NCBI GenBank assembly: GCA_964016885.1 | Contig: OZ024745.1 | Span: forward strand, 76,260,001-76,324,000 | Direction of reading: 5' to 3' | DNA length: 64,000 nt | From: Eledone cirrhosa | Lineage: Eukaryota | Part shown: in pieces, positions 37,995 to 50,417 of the stretch | How the letters are laid out: the number at the start of each line of letters is the position of its first letter | Position numbering within the stretch: position 1 is the first letter of the stretch | The notes under the pieces: model-generated | Database searches by the model: none | What the model saw: only the letters and a program-made list of their open reading frames with translations | Told to the model about the DNA's origin: nothing | Program-made: the position numbers and the translations under genes

Positions 37995-39025
37995 TATCAT
38001 CATCATCACCGTTTTACATCTGCTTTTCCATGCTTGCATAGGTTGGACGAGTTTTCTAGCACAGCATCTCTCCAATCGTCTCAGTCCTTCATCATCTCCT
38101 CTGTGAGATTCAGTGATTCGAGATCAGCTTTGACAACCTCTGCCCAAATCTTCCTTGGTCTCCCTCTACCACAGCTCCCTTCCACTGGGATTTCTTGGCA
38201 CTTCTTCACCTAACGCTCATCACCCATATGCATCATACAGACATACCAGCGCAGTCGTCTCTCCTGCACACTACATCTAATTCTACTTATATACAGCCGC
38301 TCTCTCAGCTCATCTATGTTTTGCCTTTCATGTATATTAACATTGCACATCCATTGAAGCAGGCTTGCTTCATTTCTCTCCAGCCTTCTCATATCTTCTG
38401 CATTCACTGCAACATAACACTTCATACATGTGCATCATACAGCCAGCCTTTCTTTTGCTGTCAACAGAGGTAGCAGCCCTCTGAACTTTTTCGATTCTGT
38501 TCTTACTCTAGCTATTATACTCTTAGTGCAGCCTCCTCCCCTACTAATGGAAGCTATCAACTACTTGTATGGAGCCTTCCTGGAATTGGAAAACATTTAT
38601 TTTACTTGTGCTCTTACGAATTATCTCTGTGCATCTGTCACATACAAGGTTAACTTTCTTGTTAGTCTGCCTACAATATCACTACACTTCTTGTGTATTC
38701 AAGATTTACATTGTGTATATCGTATAGAGTTACTACCTACTCCTTTTCTACATATTTAGCTGAGCCACTTTCCTGATGGGATCAGGTCTTATCTTCTTTT
38801 CTGCATACTAGAACTTTAGTTTTTCCCAAGTTTACTCTAAGCCCTTTTGATTCTAAGTTTTGTTTCTAAAGCCAGAATTTCTTCTCTAGCTCTTTCAAAG
38901 ATGTGGTTATTCAAACTAGGTCATAAGTATACAGGAGTTCCCATGGCAACCTATCTTAAACTCCTCTGTTATGGCCTGCAGAACTATGATAAACAGGAGT
39001 GGGCTGAGGATGGAGCCCTGATGAA
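37995..39025 (-). mobile_element. Degenerate RTE LINE in YJU2 intron 5; a further fragment at 39640-39970 (+)
   Basis: AEDMRRLERNEASLLQWMCNV...ERRLRWY; (CAT)n end. Confidence 0.85.
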
Positions 39026-40530
39026 TACATACCTATATATATTATTATATTTGGGGAGGGCCATATTGTTTTAATATTGCCAGAAATATATAATAAAACA
39101 CACTCACTGTTTGGTTTGGATTGGTTTTCGCTTCCGTGTATTTTATATCCCTATAGTTAATTTAGCTGGCAATCAATGTTTATCAGATTGACCAACAGTT
39201 AAAAATATTGATATAAATATATATATTGGAGGCATATGGCTTAGTGGTTAGAGCATTGGCCTTGCAATTGAAAGGTTGTGAGTTCAATTCTCGGACCGGG
39301 TGATGTGTTGTTTCCTTGAGCAAGAGACTTTATTTCACATTGTTCCAGTTTACTCAGCTGTAGAAATGAGATGGTAGGGACTGAGGTCCCTATCATTCCA
39401 CTGGAAAGTGGTCGTGGAGGTGCCACGGAAAAAAAAGCACCCAGCACTCACTGTAAATGAGGTTGGTGTTAGGAAGGGCATCCAGCTGTAGAAATCAAGC
39501 CAGAATCAGTTCCCGTCCCACCCTTGCAAGCAGGGAAAAGCGGACGTAAAATGATGATGATGATGATGATAGGCTACCATCAGTGACATCATCAGTGGTA
39601 CTATTATGTTTCCTCCAGTTGTATTGTAATATATATATATTAGCAGTGGAGGAGGGTGCTCTGAGAGCATAATAGCTAAAATAAGGATAGGATGCAAGTT
39701 TAGAGAGCTACTCCCAGTGTTAACAACAAAAGGTTTCTCCCTATGTAGAAAAGGACGCCTGTGTGCGGTACGCAATGCTGTATGGTTGTGGAATATGGGC
39801 TGTGGCCACCGAGGACATGCATAAACTGGAGAGAAACGAAGCAACCATTCTTTGTTGGATGTACAATGTAAATATGAGAGAAAGGCAGAGCTTGGATGAA
39901 ATAAGAAAGAAGCTGGGCTTAAGGGGAATCTGAGATGGTGTGCAGGAAAGAAGACTGCGTTGGTACATGGGTTTTTACAGCTGCTGGATGCCCTTCCTAA
40001 CATCAAACACGTTTGAAGTGTGGAACTGGGTGGTCCTGTTATAAGACAAGTTTGACCAGTTGGCCACACCATACTTTGCTCATAGCGGAACCAGAACTGG
40101 GTGGTCCTGTTATGTGTGGCAAGTCTACCCAGCTGGTCAAGTACCTTGCTCATAAAGGAACTGTGTTTTGGCTGGGTTTTACAGTTGCTGGATGCCCTTC
40201 CTAAAATCAACCATGTTTACTGTGTTCTTTTTCCACATAGCATATGTATTTCTAGTTAGCTTTTATTATTCTCCAAGCATTAAATATGCTAACAATAAAT
40301 TTTGTTTCTTGTTGAAAAATCATTAATATATTTTCTTCAACCATGATATATCATTAATATATCTGGTTGAAGAAAATAGTTCTGGGAAAAGTAATTTGAA
40401 TCTCTAAGGAAAGATTCTCTTGTTAATGAATGATGTAATCTGTTGTTGCACATGTACTTTTTTTTCCATCAACACAAATATCATCCTGAAACCAAGAATT
40501 ATATTAATTTATTGATTTCATATCTTTCAG

Positions 40531-40663
40531 ATCAATTTTCAATAACGAAAAGAGCGATTATATTAAGCGACTGGAAGATGAAGATGACAATGAAGTTCCT
40601 AATGTAGCATCATTAACTTCCCCAAAACCCCAATTTGGTGAATTACTCACAGAGCATATTAAG
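40531..40663 (+). CDS. YJU2: YJU2 exon 6
   Basis: tttcAG|SIFNNEKSDYIKRLEDEDDNEV...LLTEHIK|GTAAGA; phase-compatible with neighbours. Confidence 0.8.
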
Positions 40664-41759
40664 GTAAGATTATTTTTCAGTTTTTTTTCCTTTCACCCAA
40701 TATGAAGTTTTCTTCAGTGACATGTATTTGACAACTTCAGAATCACTGACTCCCTACAAAACTCACTAATCAAATATATATTCAAACTACATTAGTATTA
40801 GGGTACTCCATCAAGTAGAGAGACTTACAATATGTTACCACCAATGAAATAATGATTTTTAATTTTGGCACAATGCCAGCCATATAGGGAAAGGGATAAG
40901 TTGATTAAATTAACCCCAGTACGGGACTGGTGCTTCATTTTATTGACCCCAGAAGGATGAAAGGCTAACATGACCACAGTGGGATTTGAACTCAGAAGGT
41001 AAAGAGCTGGAAGAAATACTTCAAAGCATTTTGTCCAACGTCCTAACAATTCCGCCAATCTACCACCCTCACCACAAATGAAATAATAGTTTATGATTTA
41101 GGCACCACAATGCCAACAGTTTTTGGGGAGAAGAAAGTCAATTAAATCAACCTCAGTGCATTACAGCTATTTATTTTATTGATTCTGTAAGGATAAAAGG
41201 CAACACTAACCTCAGCGTGAATTAAACTCAGAATACAAAGGGATGTAACTATATACTGTAAAGCATGTTGTCTGACGCTCTACCGATTCTTCCAATCTAC
41301 CACTCATGAATTAATAAAAATAGTTAACTGTTTGGCTTACCAAAATTGGAATGTATGAGTGAGATGTCGTCTTGACCTGTCTAAGAGGGCAGTTACTTTA
41401 AATAAGAATTGGCTGTAACTGGCCACTCATACTGATGTTAAGGTATTCTCAAAATAAATAACATCAAAATCTTGTATATTTGATATTATGTGAGATAATT
41501 ATGTAAGATAAAGCCTTAACCACAAAAATACAATAGTATATATAGAGTAATGTAAATGTTAAAGGGTTAATGATACCAAATGATACCAAGATAAGTTTAG
41601 GCCTTTGTCCAATCTATGACAGCATGGAAGAATGGTTATATAATTGATGTATATGACGATGATGTTCTATGTTGACATTAGATCTCACCAGATTTAATTT
41701 AGTTGGTCATCCTTTTTTTGAAGTAGATAAACTGAGGATGCACCTTGTCACCCTCTAGC

Positions 41760-42030
41760 AGTTCACTCATCAAACTCGATGCCACCAACCTACAATGTGC
41801 CAAACTCATCTGTAATGTTTGCTTCGATAACACTGACTAGCAACAGGTGAAACTCCCTGTGAGATTCGGCAGCCTCGCCCTTTGATCCACTCTTGACTTG
41901 GTACTGCTGGCCGCATCCAGCCGCATCCTCATCAATGAGATCCTCTGCAAGACGACAGAACTTGACTGGAATCAGCTCTGGCTGATTGGACTGTTGAAGG
42001 CCTTGCTGTCTCCCAATGTACTGATGCTCA
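41760..42030 (+). mobile_element. Possible CRE-clade internal fragment
   Basis: QQVKLPVRFGSLAL*STLDLVLLAAS resembles the CRE post-RT W.QA.LP...GGLG motif. Confidence 0.5.
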
Positions 42031-43199
42031 ACTTAACTGGGATGATGTTTTTCTTTTCTTTTTCATTTAAATTTGCATTTTTATTATTTCTTAGTGAAGG
42101 ATTTATTTCTTTACATTGAGTTCAAGTCATGCTATAACCTACTTGGGTGGTTGTCTTATTCTGTTACCATGATTAACCCTTTAGCATTTACATTACTCTA
42201 TATTTGCTGTTGTATTTTCATGGTAAAGCCTTTATATCACATAATATCGAATCTATGAGGTTTTGATATTATTCATTTTGAGAACAATACTTTAACATAA
42301 GTATTAGCAGCTTGTTATGGGCGGTTTGAACAGAAAGAGGTAAGACAATTCTGGCTGGATATGGTCGGTTTAAATGTTAAAGAGTTAACACCACCATCTG
42401 GCCCTTGGGTGTGATAGAAGCAACTGTTGAAATATCAAGAGAAATGATATCCTCCCAAAAAAAGAAAATTATTTCAGTTTAAGCCAATTTGCATTAACAT
42501 TGCCTGAGATTAAATTTATTTAAATATGCCATGGGAATATTAAAACCTCTAAATGTTTTCTCATCCAGCTGGATAGAAAACTTACATTATCAAAGTCCTG
42601 AAGTAATTGTTTTTTTCTGTCATTTTATAAATATGGCATTTACGATATTGTTAGTCGGAGGTATAACCCTAAAAATAACTTCAGAGTTCTTTATAACAGT
42701 TTCTGTGATTTCTCTTTCAGTTGGTATAATATTATTACCGCCAATTGTCGATAAAATAAAGTACCAGTAATGTACTGGGTAATGCTGGCCTTGTGCCTAA
42801 CATAGAAACAATTATTACCTCCAATTGTATTTAGCGATACCTATCTTGTTATGCTAAAGGATATGAGAAGCTCTTATTTCCCCTTTAAATAAGGGAAAGT
42901 GGCTTAAAAAAAGGACACTAAGGCTGGAAGTTTTCCAAGCTTCTTTCACTGTCTTAAAAAAATCGAAAATATTTGTTTTACTTATTCGAATGCATCATCT
43001 CAGGGTGGGCCTTTGTTTCCAAAGGCATCACTGTATTATTTCCAAATGTCATAACACACACAGGCATTGATTGAAGGAATAAAACCAAATTTCAAATATT
43101 TCTGTGAATATTGTCTGCATTCTTCCAATATTTGGATGTGTAGTTTGCCTCTGAGCTCCATGCTTTCCATGGGTTATATTAATGATTTTATTTTCATGG

Positions 43200-43745
43200 G
43201 TGAAGACAAAGAGAGATTGTTCTAATTATAGAGGGAGCTCTTTGTTAAGTTTCCCTGGTGAAGTTTATGCTAAGTGTCTGGCAAAGAGATGTGGAGATAC
43301 TGTCAAGTCAAAGCTAGCTGATGAACAGTGGTTTTCACCCCAGATGCAGCACAGCCAACCAGATATACTGCAGCAGGTCTTTGATAACTCATGGGAGTAT
43401 TGCCAAGAGGTGTTTGCTTGTTTTGTAGACCTTGCAAAGGCATAAGACTCCATTCCATGGGACTTGTTGTGGAAGTTTCTGCAGGAGTAGGGGATCAATG
43501 GACAATTTCTTGTTGACCTGAAGTCTATATGAATACCCTAGTATTTGTGTTCGGATAAATGGTGCTAAGTTGAAACCATTCAGTGTGAGTGTTGAATTCC
43601 ACCAAGTGTGTGTACTGACATCGCTCTTGTTCATAATCTTCATGAACAGAATTGACATGCACATCCATGTTGGAACTGGTATCAAGACTGGTGGGTGTAG
43701 GATTTGTTGGCTAGAATTTGCAGACAAGATGGTACTATACAATTG
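43200..43745 (+). mobile_element. RTE-like RT fragment (family of 22690-24440) in YJU2 intron 6
   Basis: CSNYRGSSLLSFPGEVYAK...FACFVDLAKA. Confidence 0.8.
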
Positions 43746-43933
43746 ATATTGAGTGCAGCTCTGGTCCATTTAGAATTACTTTCAAATATCCATGGTAAAG
43801 ACTATTCTGCAATAATCTATAAAAAAAAAATGATTGGTTAGAAAGTCAAGAAAAATCTGCACTAGTTTTCATTTGATGATTAATAGCTGATTTCTATGTT
43901 TCCAAAATCTTTCTTTTATTCTCTTTTTCACAG

Positions 43934-44236
43934 GATGATGGTATTTCACAGAAGAAACGTTTTTGGGATCAGAGTGTAGGTCTACTCTCTTCAAAATCCC
44001 TCTCTTCTCTGGTCAAGAAGAAAAAGTCTTCTGAAACTGTTACTGAAGAAAGCAATGTGACGTGTGAAAAGAAATTGACTGATACAAAATGTAAAATTGA
44101 AATTAAGGGAGATAGTAAGTGTTCTGCTCAGGCAGATGTTTCAAAGTCTTCAAAAGTTGAACAGAAAAAGACAGCACCAGTATCATCGGCTCTCAGTTTG
44201 CTTGGAAATTATTCTGATTCTGATAGTGATAATTAA
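43934..44236 (+). CDS. YJU2: YJU2 exon 7 (terminal)
   Basis: cacAG|DDGISQKKRFWDQSVG...SALSLLGNYSDSDSDN*; conserved LSLL.nY.DSD end; AATAAA at 44324-44329; total CDS 1023 nt. Confidence 0.88.
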   Translation, partial: DDGISQKKRFWDQSVGLLSSKSLSSLVKKKKSSETVTEESNVTCEKKLTDTKCKIEIKGDSKCSAQADVSKSSKVEQKKTAPVSSALSLLGNYSDSDSDN

Positions 44237-45668
44237 AGGAATTCAAAATAAACACTAAATAATTTATTACTAAATTATAATTTATATTTGATATTATTAG
44301 TGCAGGTATCAGTCCTTGTTGCCAATAAATGAAACAATTATTAGTGCAGGTATGCTGGCAGACATGGGAGAGTGTCAAACTAAATTCATTATAATTTTGT
44401 CTGGGTTCAAATCTCATCCCCTTTGGGTTGATAAAATAATACTAGTAATAGTATTTATTTTATGAGATGGATTGAATTTTATGAGGTAGGGTAAATTGGC
44501 TGTGGGATTAGTCAAAAGAAACCCTTGTATGATATTAGCAGTGTCACATTGAAGAATGAATTTGTGTAGCTTATACTACATCCTTGGCAATTATGTCTGT
44601 TAATGGCCCCCAGAGATCTTTTAATGTCAGTAGGTCTCAGAGTGAGGGAAATGACTATGAAGAAAACTGAGAATGAAAGGTGTCAACTATGTTTAATATA
44701 TTTTATATTAGTATGTTATTAGATATTTGGCCTTTTCAATTTGGGTGAACACTCCAGTGTGTCAACTAGGTTTTGATTCATGGCTAAAGCTAATTAAATT
44801 TGTCATTAAAATCCATGATTCTTACACAATGTTGTTTCTCTATATAAGAAATCAATTTATTATAATGCTAGCTGTTTATAAATTTTATTCTAGTGCAAGA
44901 ATTTTGTCTTTTGTCTTTTGTCATTATGTTTATTGAATTATCTCTATTTGTTCTTCTTACTCTGGCTTAGAATCAATATTTTAAGCCTGCAACGGCAAGG
45001 CTAAGTATATACATCAACCTTGCTAGCAGGGAAGACAGATGTTAAATTATATATGTGTGTGTGTGTCTAAAAGGTAAACAGAAATAACAAGACAAACGGG
45101 AAGGAATATACTAGCTTAACGCTTGAAATAGCAGGAAGAGGGTCATAACGTTTTGGACACTAGTCCTTCATCAGAAGAAAGAATAAGAAATTAAAGAAGA
45201 AATAGAAAGATTGTTGAGATGGGTAGAGAAAAACATTTAACATCTATCTTATATTCATCATCATCATCGTTTAACATTCATTTTCCCTGCTAACAAGGGT
45301 TGGACATGTTGTCACATACCATGTGCATTTTATAGTAGCACTAACATTAAGGTAGATGTCAACAAAAGAGCAATGGTATATATTGTTGCAAAAGTCAACA
45401 TTTCAGATGCCAATCCATCATCAGAACAGAGCAAGGTGAGAATGTTTGAGAGAAAGGAAACAAGAGAGTAAAAAAAAAAAAACAACGAAAACTGGAAAAA
45501 AGAAGTGGTAAGAAAAGGTATTACATGTCATACATTTTGTTTTCATCATAAAATATTGCTGTAATACTCTATTTGAGTTCTATTTTCAAGCAAATCAAAT
45601 ACTTCAACATTGAAATGAATAAATATATGAATTGTATAAATATCATAAGAATTTCTTTTTCAATCAAG

Positions 45669-45724
<56 letters not shown>

Positions 45725-45775
45725 TCTCTCTCTCTCTCACACACACTCTCTGTATCTATCTATTTATATGTGAGA

Positions 45776-45869
45776 ACATATTTCTGAGGAGCTTCCAATT
45801 CCAGAGTCAGGAACGAACAGAATTCGATCGTTCCTTGAGCTGATCGGCAGTGAAACATATGTAATATGT
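45776..45869 (+). ncRNA. Minimal type-I hammerhead ribozyme motif (long stem II, imperfect stem I)
   Basis: ACATATTT-CUGAGGA-long stem II-GAAA-CAUAUG-UA/AUAUGU; palindromic stem III ACAUAUGU. Confidence 0.6.
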
Positions 45870-45920
45870 AATTAAAATATGTATATGATGCAATACTGAT
45901 TCTTTCTTCCCTATTTACTA

Positions 45921-45968
<48 letters not shown>

Positions 45969-47031
45969 TGTATATATACATATAAAACATATTAATCAAA
46001 ATAAAACCATTCTAATTTCATTGTTCAGTAAAGAACTCATTGGAAGTAAGATTTGAAAAAACCATTCCAGAGCATACTTATGCAAAAATATTGCAGAAAA
46101 CAATATTAATACTCTGTTGAATCACTAAATTCTGCTCACTTTGTTCTTGTTGGATTATTCATTATGGATGTATGTAAAACTGTTCTTTAAATCATTTACA
46201 GTGCCATCCATAGCTTTCAATTTTCAAACCTTTTCTTCCATGTAAATTCATGTATATCCATCATATGACAGTCATCACTCAATCCAATCACCTATCTCAT
46301 CCCCCCCCCACACCTTAGACTCATTGACCAATCAAACCACAGCAACACAAATATATCTTCACCCACTACTTGTGGCAATAACTGCTGCTACTACTGCTTT
46401 TATCTTTCCTATCCTTCTTGGAGAATTTTTGTTTATTGTTAATTATGGATGAGCTGAAATGATGGAACAACCCTGAATATAAATATGAACCCATGTGTTC
46501 TCAATGAGACCATGTGAGCCTTCTTTATTTCAGATACAGAAAGCATACCCCCTCCCCTTCCCTGGCACAAATATCCACCCTCCTCCACCATTCACGCCAA
46601 ATGCCTAAAATTCCGAATTGATACCATCTACATGAGCATATAGAAGAACAGGAGAAATTGTAAAGATGTTTTCTAGCAAAAGAAAATTGATATGTTGTGT
46701 ACAAGAGACTAGATGGAGAGGAGTCAGCTAGACTCTCTTAAGTCTGTCTTAAGCCAGAAGGGTTGTTAGGCCAGTGCTTATCCTGGTTTTATGGCATGAA
46801 GTGACTGAGAGTAAAAGATTCCCGGACAGGACACCAGTCCATTGCTGTGTTAAACCTCCTGCTATTGCTGGTACTCATTTTCAGCTATGTATACTGGAGC
46901 AACGTGAAATGAAGTGTTTTGCTCAAGAACACAACATGCAACCCTGTACAGGAAATGAACACACAACAATATGGTCATCAGTCCAACTCCCTTACCACTA
47001 GGCCACGCACCTCCACATTTCTCTCTATATA

Positions 47032-47173
47032 TGTGTGCTTATAAGCAGAATATGACAATAAATAGTAATAAGAGATCACAAATATAAAATAACTATTTCT
47101 ATATATTGAGACTAATTTTATATTTGTAATCTCTTATTACTGTTTATTTTCATATTCTGCTTATAAGCACACA
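47032..47173. repeat. ~57-bp inverted repeat, possible foldback MITE
   Basis: tgtgtgcttataagcagaatatgacaataaatagtaataagagatcacaaatataaaat ... attttatatttgtaatctcttattactgtttattttcatattctgcttataagcacaca. Confidence 0.8.
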
Positions 47174-48070
47174 CTTTCGAAAGAAGAAACATTCACTGTG
47201 ACTATATTGAGGGTAGAATGTATGTTTCTGGCTGGTTGAAACCCCTAGTATTCTTGCAATAGAAGAGCCTGGTTAAGAGCCATACAGTGATGTTGCATTA
47301 CCGTATACCTTGTAACTATGTTATGCTCCCAAACACAATGTTACAGAGGACATTTAAGAACTTAGAGGTGCATCAAACAATGCTGGATGCTTTTTGTTGT
47401 GACACCTACACAACCACTTTACAGTGTGGGCTGGATGTTCTGTGGTACCAACGGAATGAGAATTTTACCTTTCTCTCTACCAAAACACTGCCACCGTATT
47501 TGCTATTAACTAAATGTGTGCACTCTGAATGGCTGATTGCAATTCAGCAGATTCATTGAGTAAGCTAGATGTTGGCCGGAGACCGTTGAATTGTTACCAG
47601 CAATCTTTGTTAATTTTATAATATATATATAAAATAGTTCTGTTCTATACATAGAGCACTCTTTTCCCCTTTGCTTTTCTTTTGGAATTATATATATATA
47701 TATGGAGGCACATGGCTTAGTGGTTAGAGCATTGGCCTTGCAATCGAAAGGTTGTGAGTTCAATTCTCAGACCGGGTGATGTGTTGTTTCTTTGAGCAAG
47801 ACACTTTATTTCACATTGCTCCAGTTTACTCAGCTGTAGAAATGAGATGATAGGGACTGGTGTCCCTATCATTCCACTGTAAAGTGGTCGTGGAGGTGCC
47901 ACGGCAAAAAAGCACCCAGCACTCACTGTAAATGAGGTTGGTGTTAGGAAGGGCATCCAGCTGTAGAAATCAAGCCAGAATCAGTTCCCGCCCCACCCTT
48001 GCAAGCAGGGAAAAGTGGACGTAAAATGATGATGATGATGATGATGATGAATATACACATGATGTATATA

Positions 48071-48464
48071 CGATGGTAATCCCAAAAGTAAGGTCTCCAA
48101 AGCGATGGGGGACGCAGAGAAACTGTTCGTATGGCTGTTGGCAACACTGTTGTGATTGGTGCTTCCTTCACTCCCAAACAAGCATGGCGCGCTTCGCTGG
48201 GATACTCAATCTTGACTTGGCAGCCGTTGAGAATGGAGCTCCCGTTGAACGCTACCTCCAAGTGCGAATTTCGCGCAGTTATTATATACGAGGGCAATCC
48301 CAAAAGTAAGGTCTCCTTCCGAGGAAAACATGCGTAAAGATCGGTGGATCACTCTGGATGTTCTCTGCATTTTGGTTCCTGAGGTTTCCCGAAGCACCAT
48401 CCACAGGATTTTAATGGAAAAGTTGCAATAGCGGAAGGAGACCTTACTTTTGGGATTGCTCTCG
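48071..48464 (+). mobile_element. Mariner remnant with a duplicated left TIR; internal MITE at 48289-48464
   Basis: TA|CGAGGGCAATCCCAAAAGTAAGGTCTCC ... GGAGACCTTACTTTTGGGATTGCTCTCG|TA; transposase start MELPLNATSKCEFRAVI and HTH remnant VSRSTIHRIL. Confidence 0.8.
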
Positions 48465-48566
48465 TATATATATATATATACATCATGATAATGATATATA
48501 TATTTGTTTCTATATACATATAACATCATCATCACTACCATTTCACGTCTATTTTCCACGCTAGCA

Positions 48567-48618
48567 TGGTGTATTTATTGACATTGGATTTTAAAATCCA
48601 ATGTCAATAAATACACCA
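48567..48618. repeat. Perfect 52-bp palindrome
   Basis: TGGTGTATTTATTGACATTGGATTTT|AAAATCCAATGTCAATAAATACACCA. Confidence 0.98.
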
Positions 48619-48624
48619 GGATTT

Positions 48625-48685
48625 TTTCATTCTGATGATTGAAAGCAAAATTTGTTTGCTTTCAAGAAACCACTGGTAAATGAAA
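48625..48685 (+). ncRNA. Minimal type-I hammerhead ribozyme (intact core)
   Basis: Stem I UUUCAUU/AAUGAAA; CUGAUGA; stem II UUGAAAGCAAA/UUUGCUUUCAA (11 bp); GAAA; stem III ACCA-C-UGGU; GUA cleavage predicted after 48678. Confidence 0.88.
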
Positions 48686-48851
48686 TAATTCCCTTATGTT
48701 GTTTATTACATAACTATTAAGCTCTGTAACCTACATAGAGCACTCTTTTTTCCTGGACCTTTCCGACAGAATTACTTCATTTAAACATAAATAATATATA
48801 TATTATATTATAATATTAAATAAATGGAAACTATATTTATAAAACCATATT

Positions 48852-48917
48852 TATTTCGTTATATATATTTCAGGGATATCATATTAACAATATGTTATGC
48901 CTTCTTCAGACAAAATA
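48852..48917 (-). ncRNA. Minimal type-I hammerhead ribozyme (left-arm copy)
   Basis: Reverse complement of 52381-52446. Confidence 0.75.
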
Positions 48918-49215
48918 CAATATAAACAGTCTTATAAATAAATAGATACGACATACCTTTCAATCACCTTGCATTTGGGAGGTTGATTTGGCAGTAAAAA
49001 ATATTGTGGACAGTTGTAAAAAAAGAAAGAAAGAGAAACGAAGAAAAAGAAGAAATGCATGTGACTAAATAGAGAGATATAGAAAGATAGATAAAGAGAA
49101 GAACTTCATGTAAAGAAACAGAGAGAAATATATATAGAGAGAGGAAAAAAGAAAAAAGAAAGAGATAGATAGAGATAGATAGAGAAACTAGGAAGTTGAG
49201 TATCGGTTGATACAT

Positions 49216-49246
<31 letters not shown>

Positions 49247-49698
49247 GCTCTAGTATTAATGTAAAGAGAGATGTATGTAGTTAAGAGAGAAAATAGCCGT
49301 TATATAGAGAGAAAAAAGAGAAAATGAAACATAACCAGACATAAACGAGGCAGAATTTAAAACCGCTATGTTTTATCCCGTAGAAAATATTAGTTCGTAT
49401 AAAACAGGCATTATAATGTAAATATCAGTATTCATGAATGAGACATGTATCTATAATGTGTGAAAAGTAATGATCTTATGTCTAGTTTTTAAAAATTCAT
49501 ATGTTTATATCATAATTATAAACAAACTCCCAATTCACACGAAAACATTCTCATTGTGCTATAAAAATTCAAGTATACATATATGTGTGTATATATACAC
49601 ATATATATAGAGTCTATATTAATTTTAACAATACTATTCTTGTCTTTACTCTACATGATTGTCGATCAAGCAGAAATAGAGAACAGATTTCAATATAT

Positions 49699-49756
49699 TA
49701 ATAAAAATAAAAATAAAAATAAAAATAAAAATAAAAATAAAAATAAAAATAAAAAT
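49699..49756 (+). repeat. (AAAAAT)n microsatellite; other simple repeats include (TA)n at 4205-4254 and (TC)n at 45671-45740
   Basis: Directly visible. Confidence 0.95.
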
Positions 49757-50417
49757 ATCAGAGACAAGAAAATAAATAAATAAACAGAAAACTAAAACAT
49801 TTAATATTAAAAATAAAAAATATTACAAAATATTAAAAAATATTAAAAAATAATAAAAATAAAACATAGTATGCCACGCAAATCGGCCACAGAGATCAGC
49901 CTTTCAAAGTTAATAGACAGTATATTGCCAAGTTCATCATAAGCATCAGAGTCGAAACAGATAAAACAAAAATTGTTTACCAAATCCTGTCTAGCAGAAA
50001 TCATTCCAAAAGTTTAGGATACCCATTTGGTCTACATATGTTCTTATATTTATATATTTAATATAGAAGTTTATCTAGTTTAAAATTTAATTCGATATAT
50101 TTGGAGCATCAGCTTTTAGGGTAGTTTAATTATTCATGAAGAATGTTTTAATAAAAAGAATGTTTTAATAAAAAGAAGAAATCGAAAGATTTATCGGCTA
50201 GTTTCATAAATAATTACAAATCAAATCAAACATAACTACATTTTAAATTTAAATTTATATTTAAACGTTGAGTTCAATCTATGTCTGCAGCAACTGAATA
50301 AATTTGTCCGTAGATTAAGGGAATTTTTAGATTTTAGTATAAAGAATATCTCCTCCGCACAGAGGTCACATGTCTTAGAGGATGAATTAAAACATTTTTA
50401 TTAAAACATTCTTCAAG

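Larger units (their letters stand above)
48813..50397 (-). mobile_element. Penelope-like element 3' portion (endonuclease C-terminus, 3' region, hammerhead-bearing pLTR)
   Basis: 50236-50397 (-) reads KCFNSSSKTCDLCAEEIFFILKSKNSLNLRTNLFSCCRHR...*, resembling the C.LC..E...I...LN.R.....CRH end of PLE GIY-YIG domains; downstream hammerhead. Confidence 0.7.
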
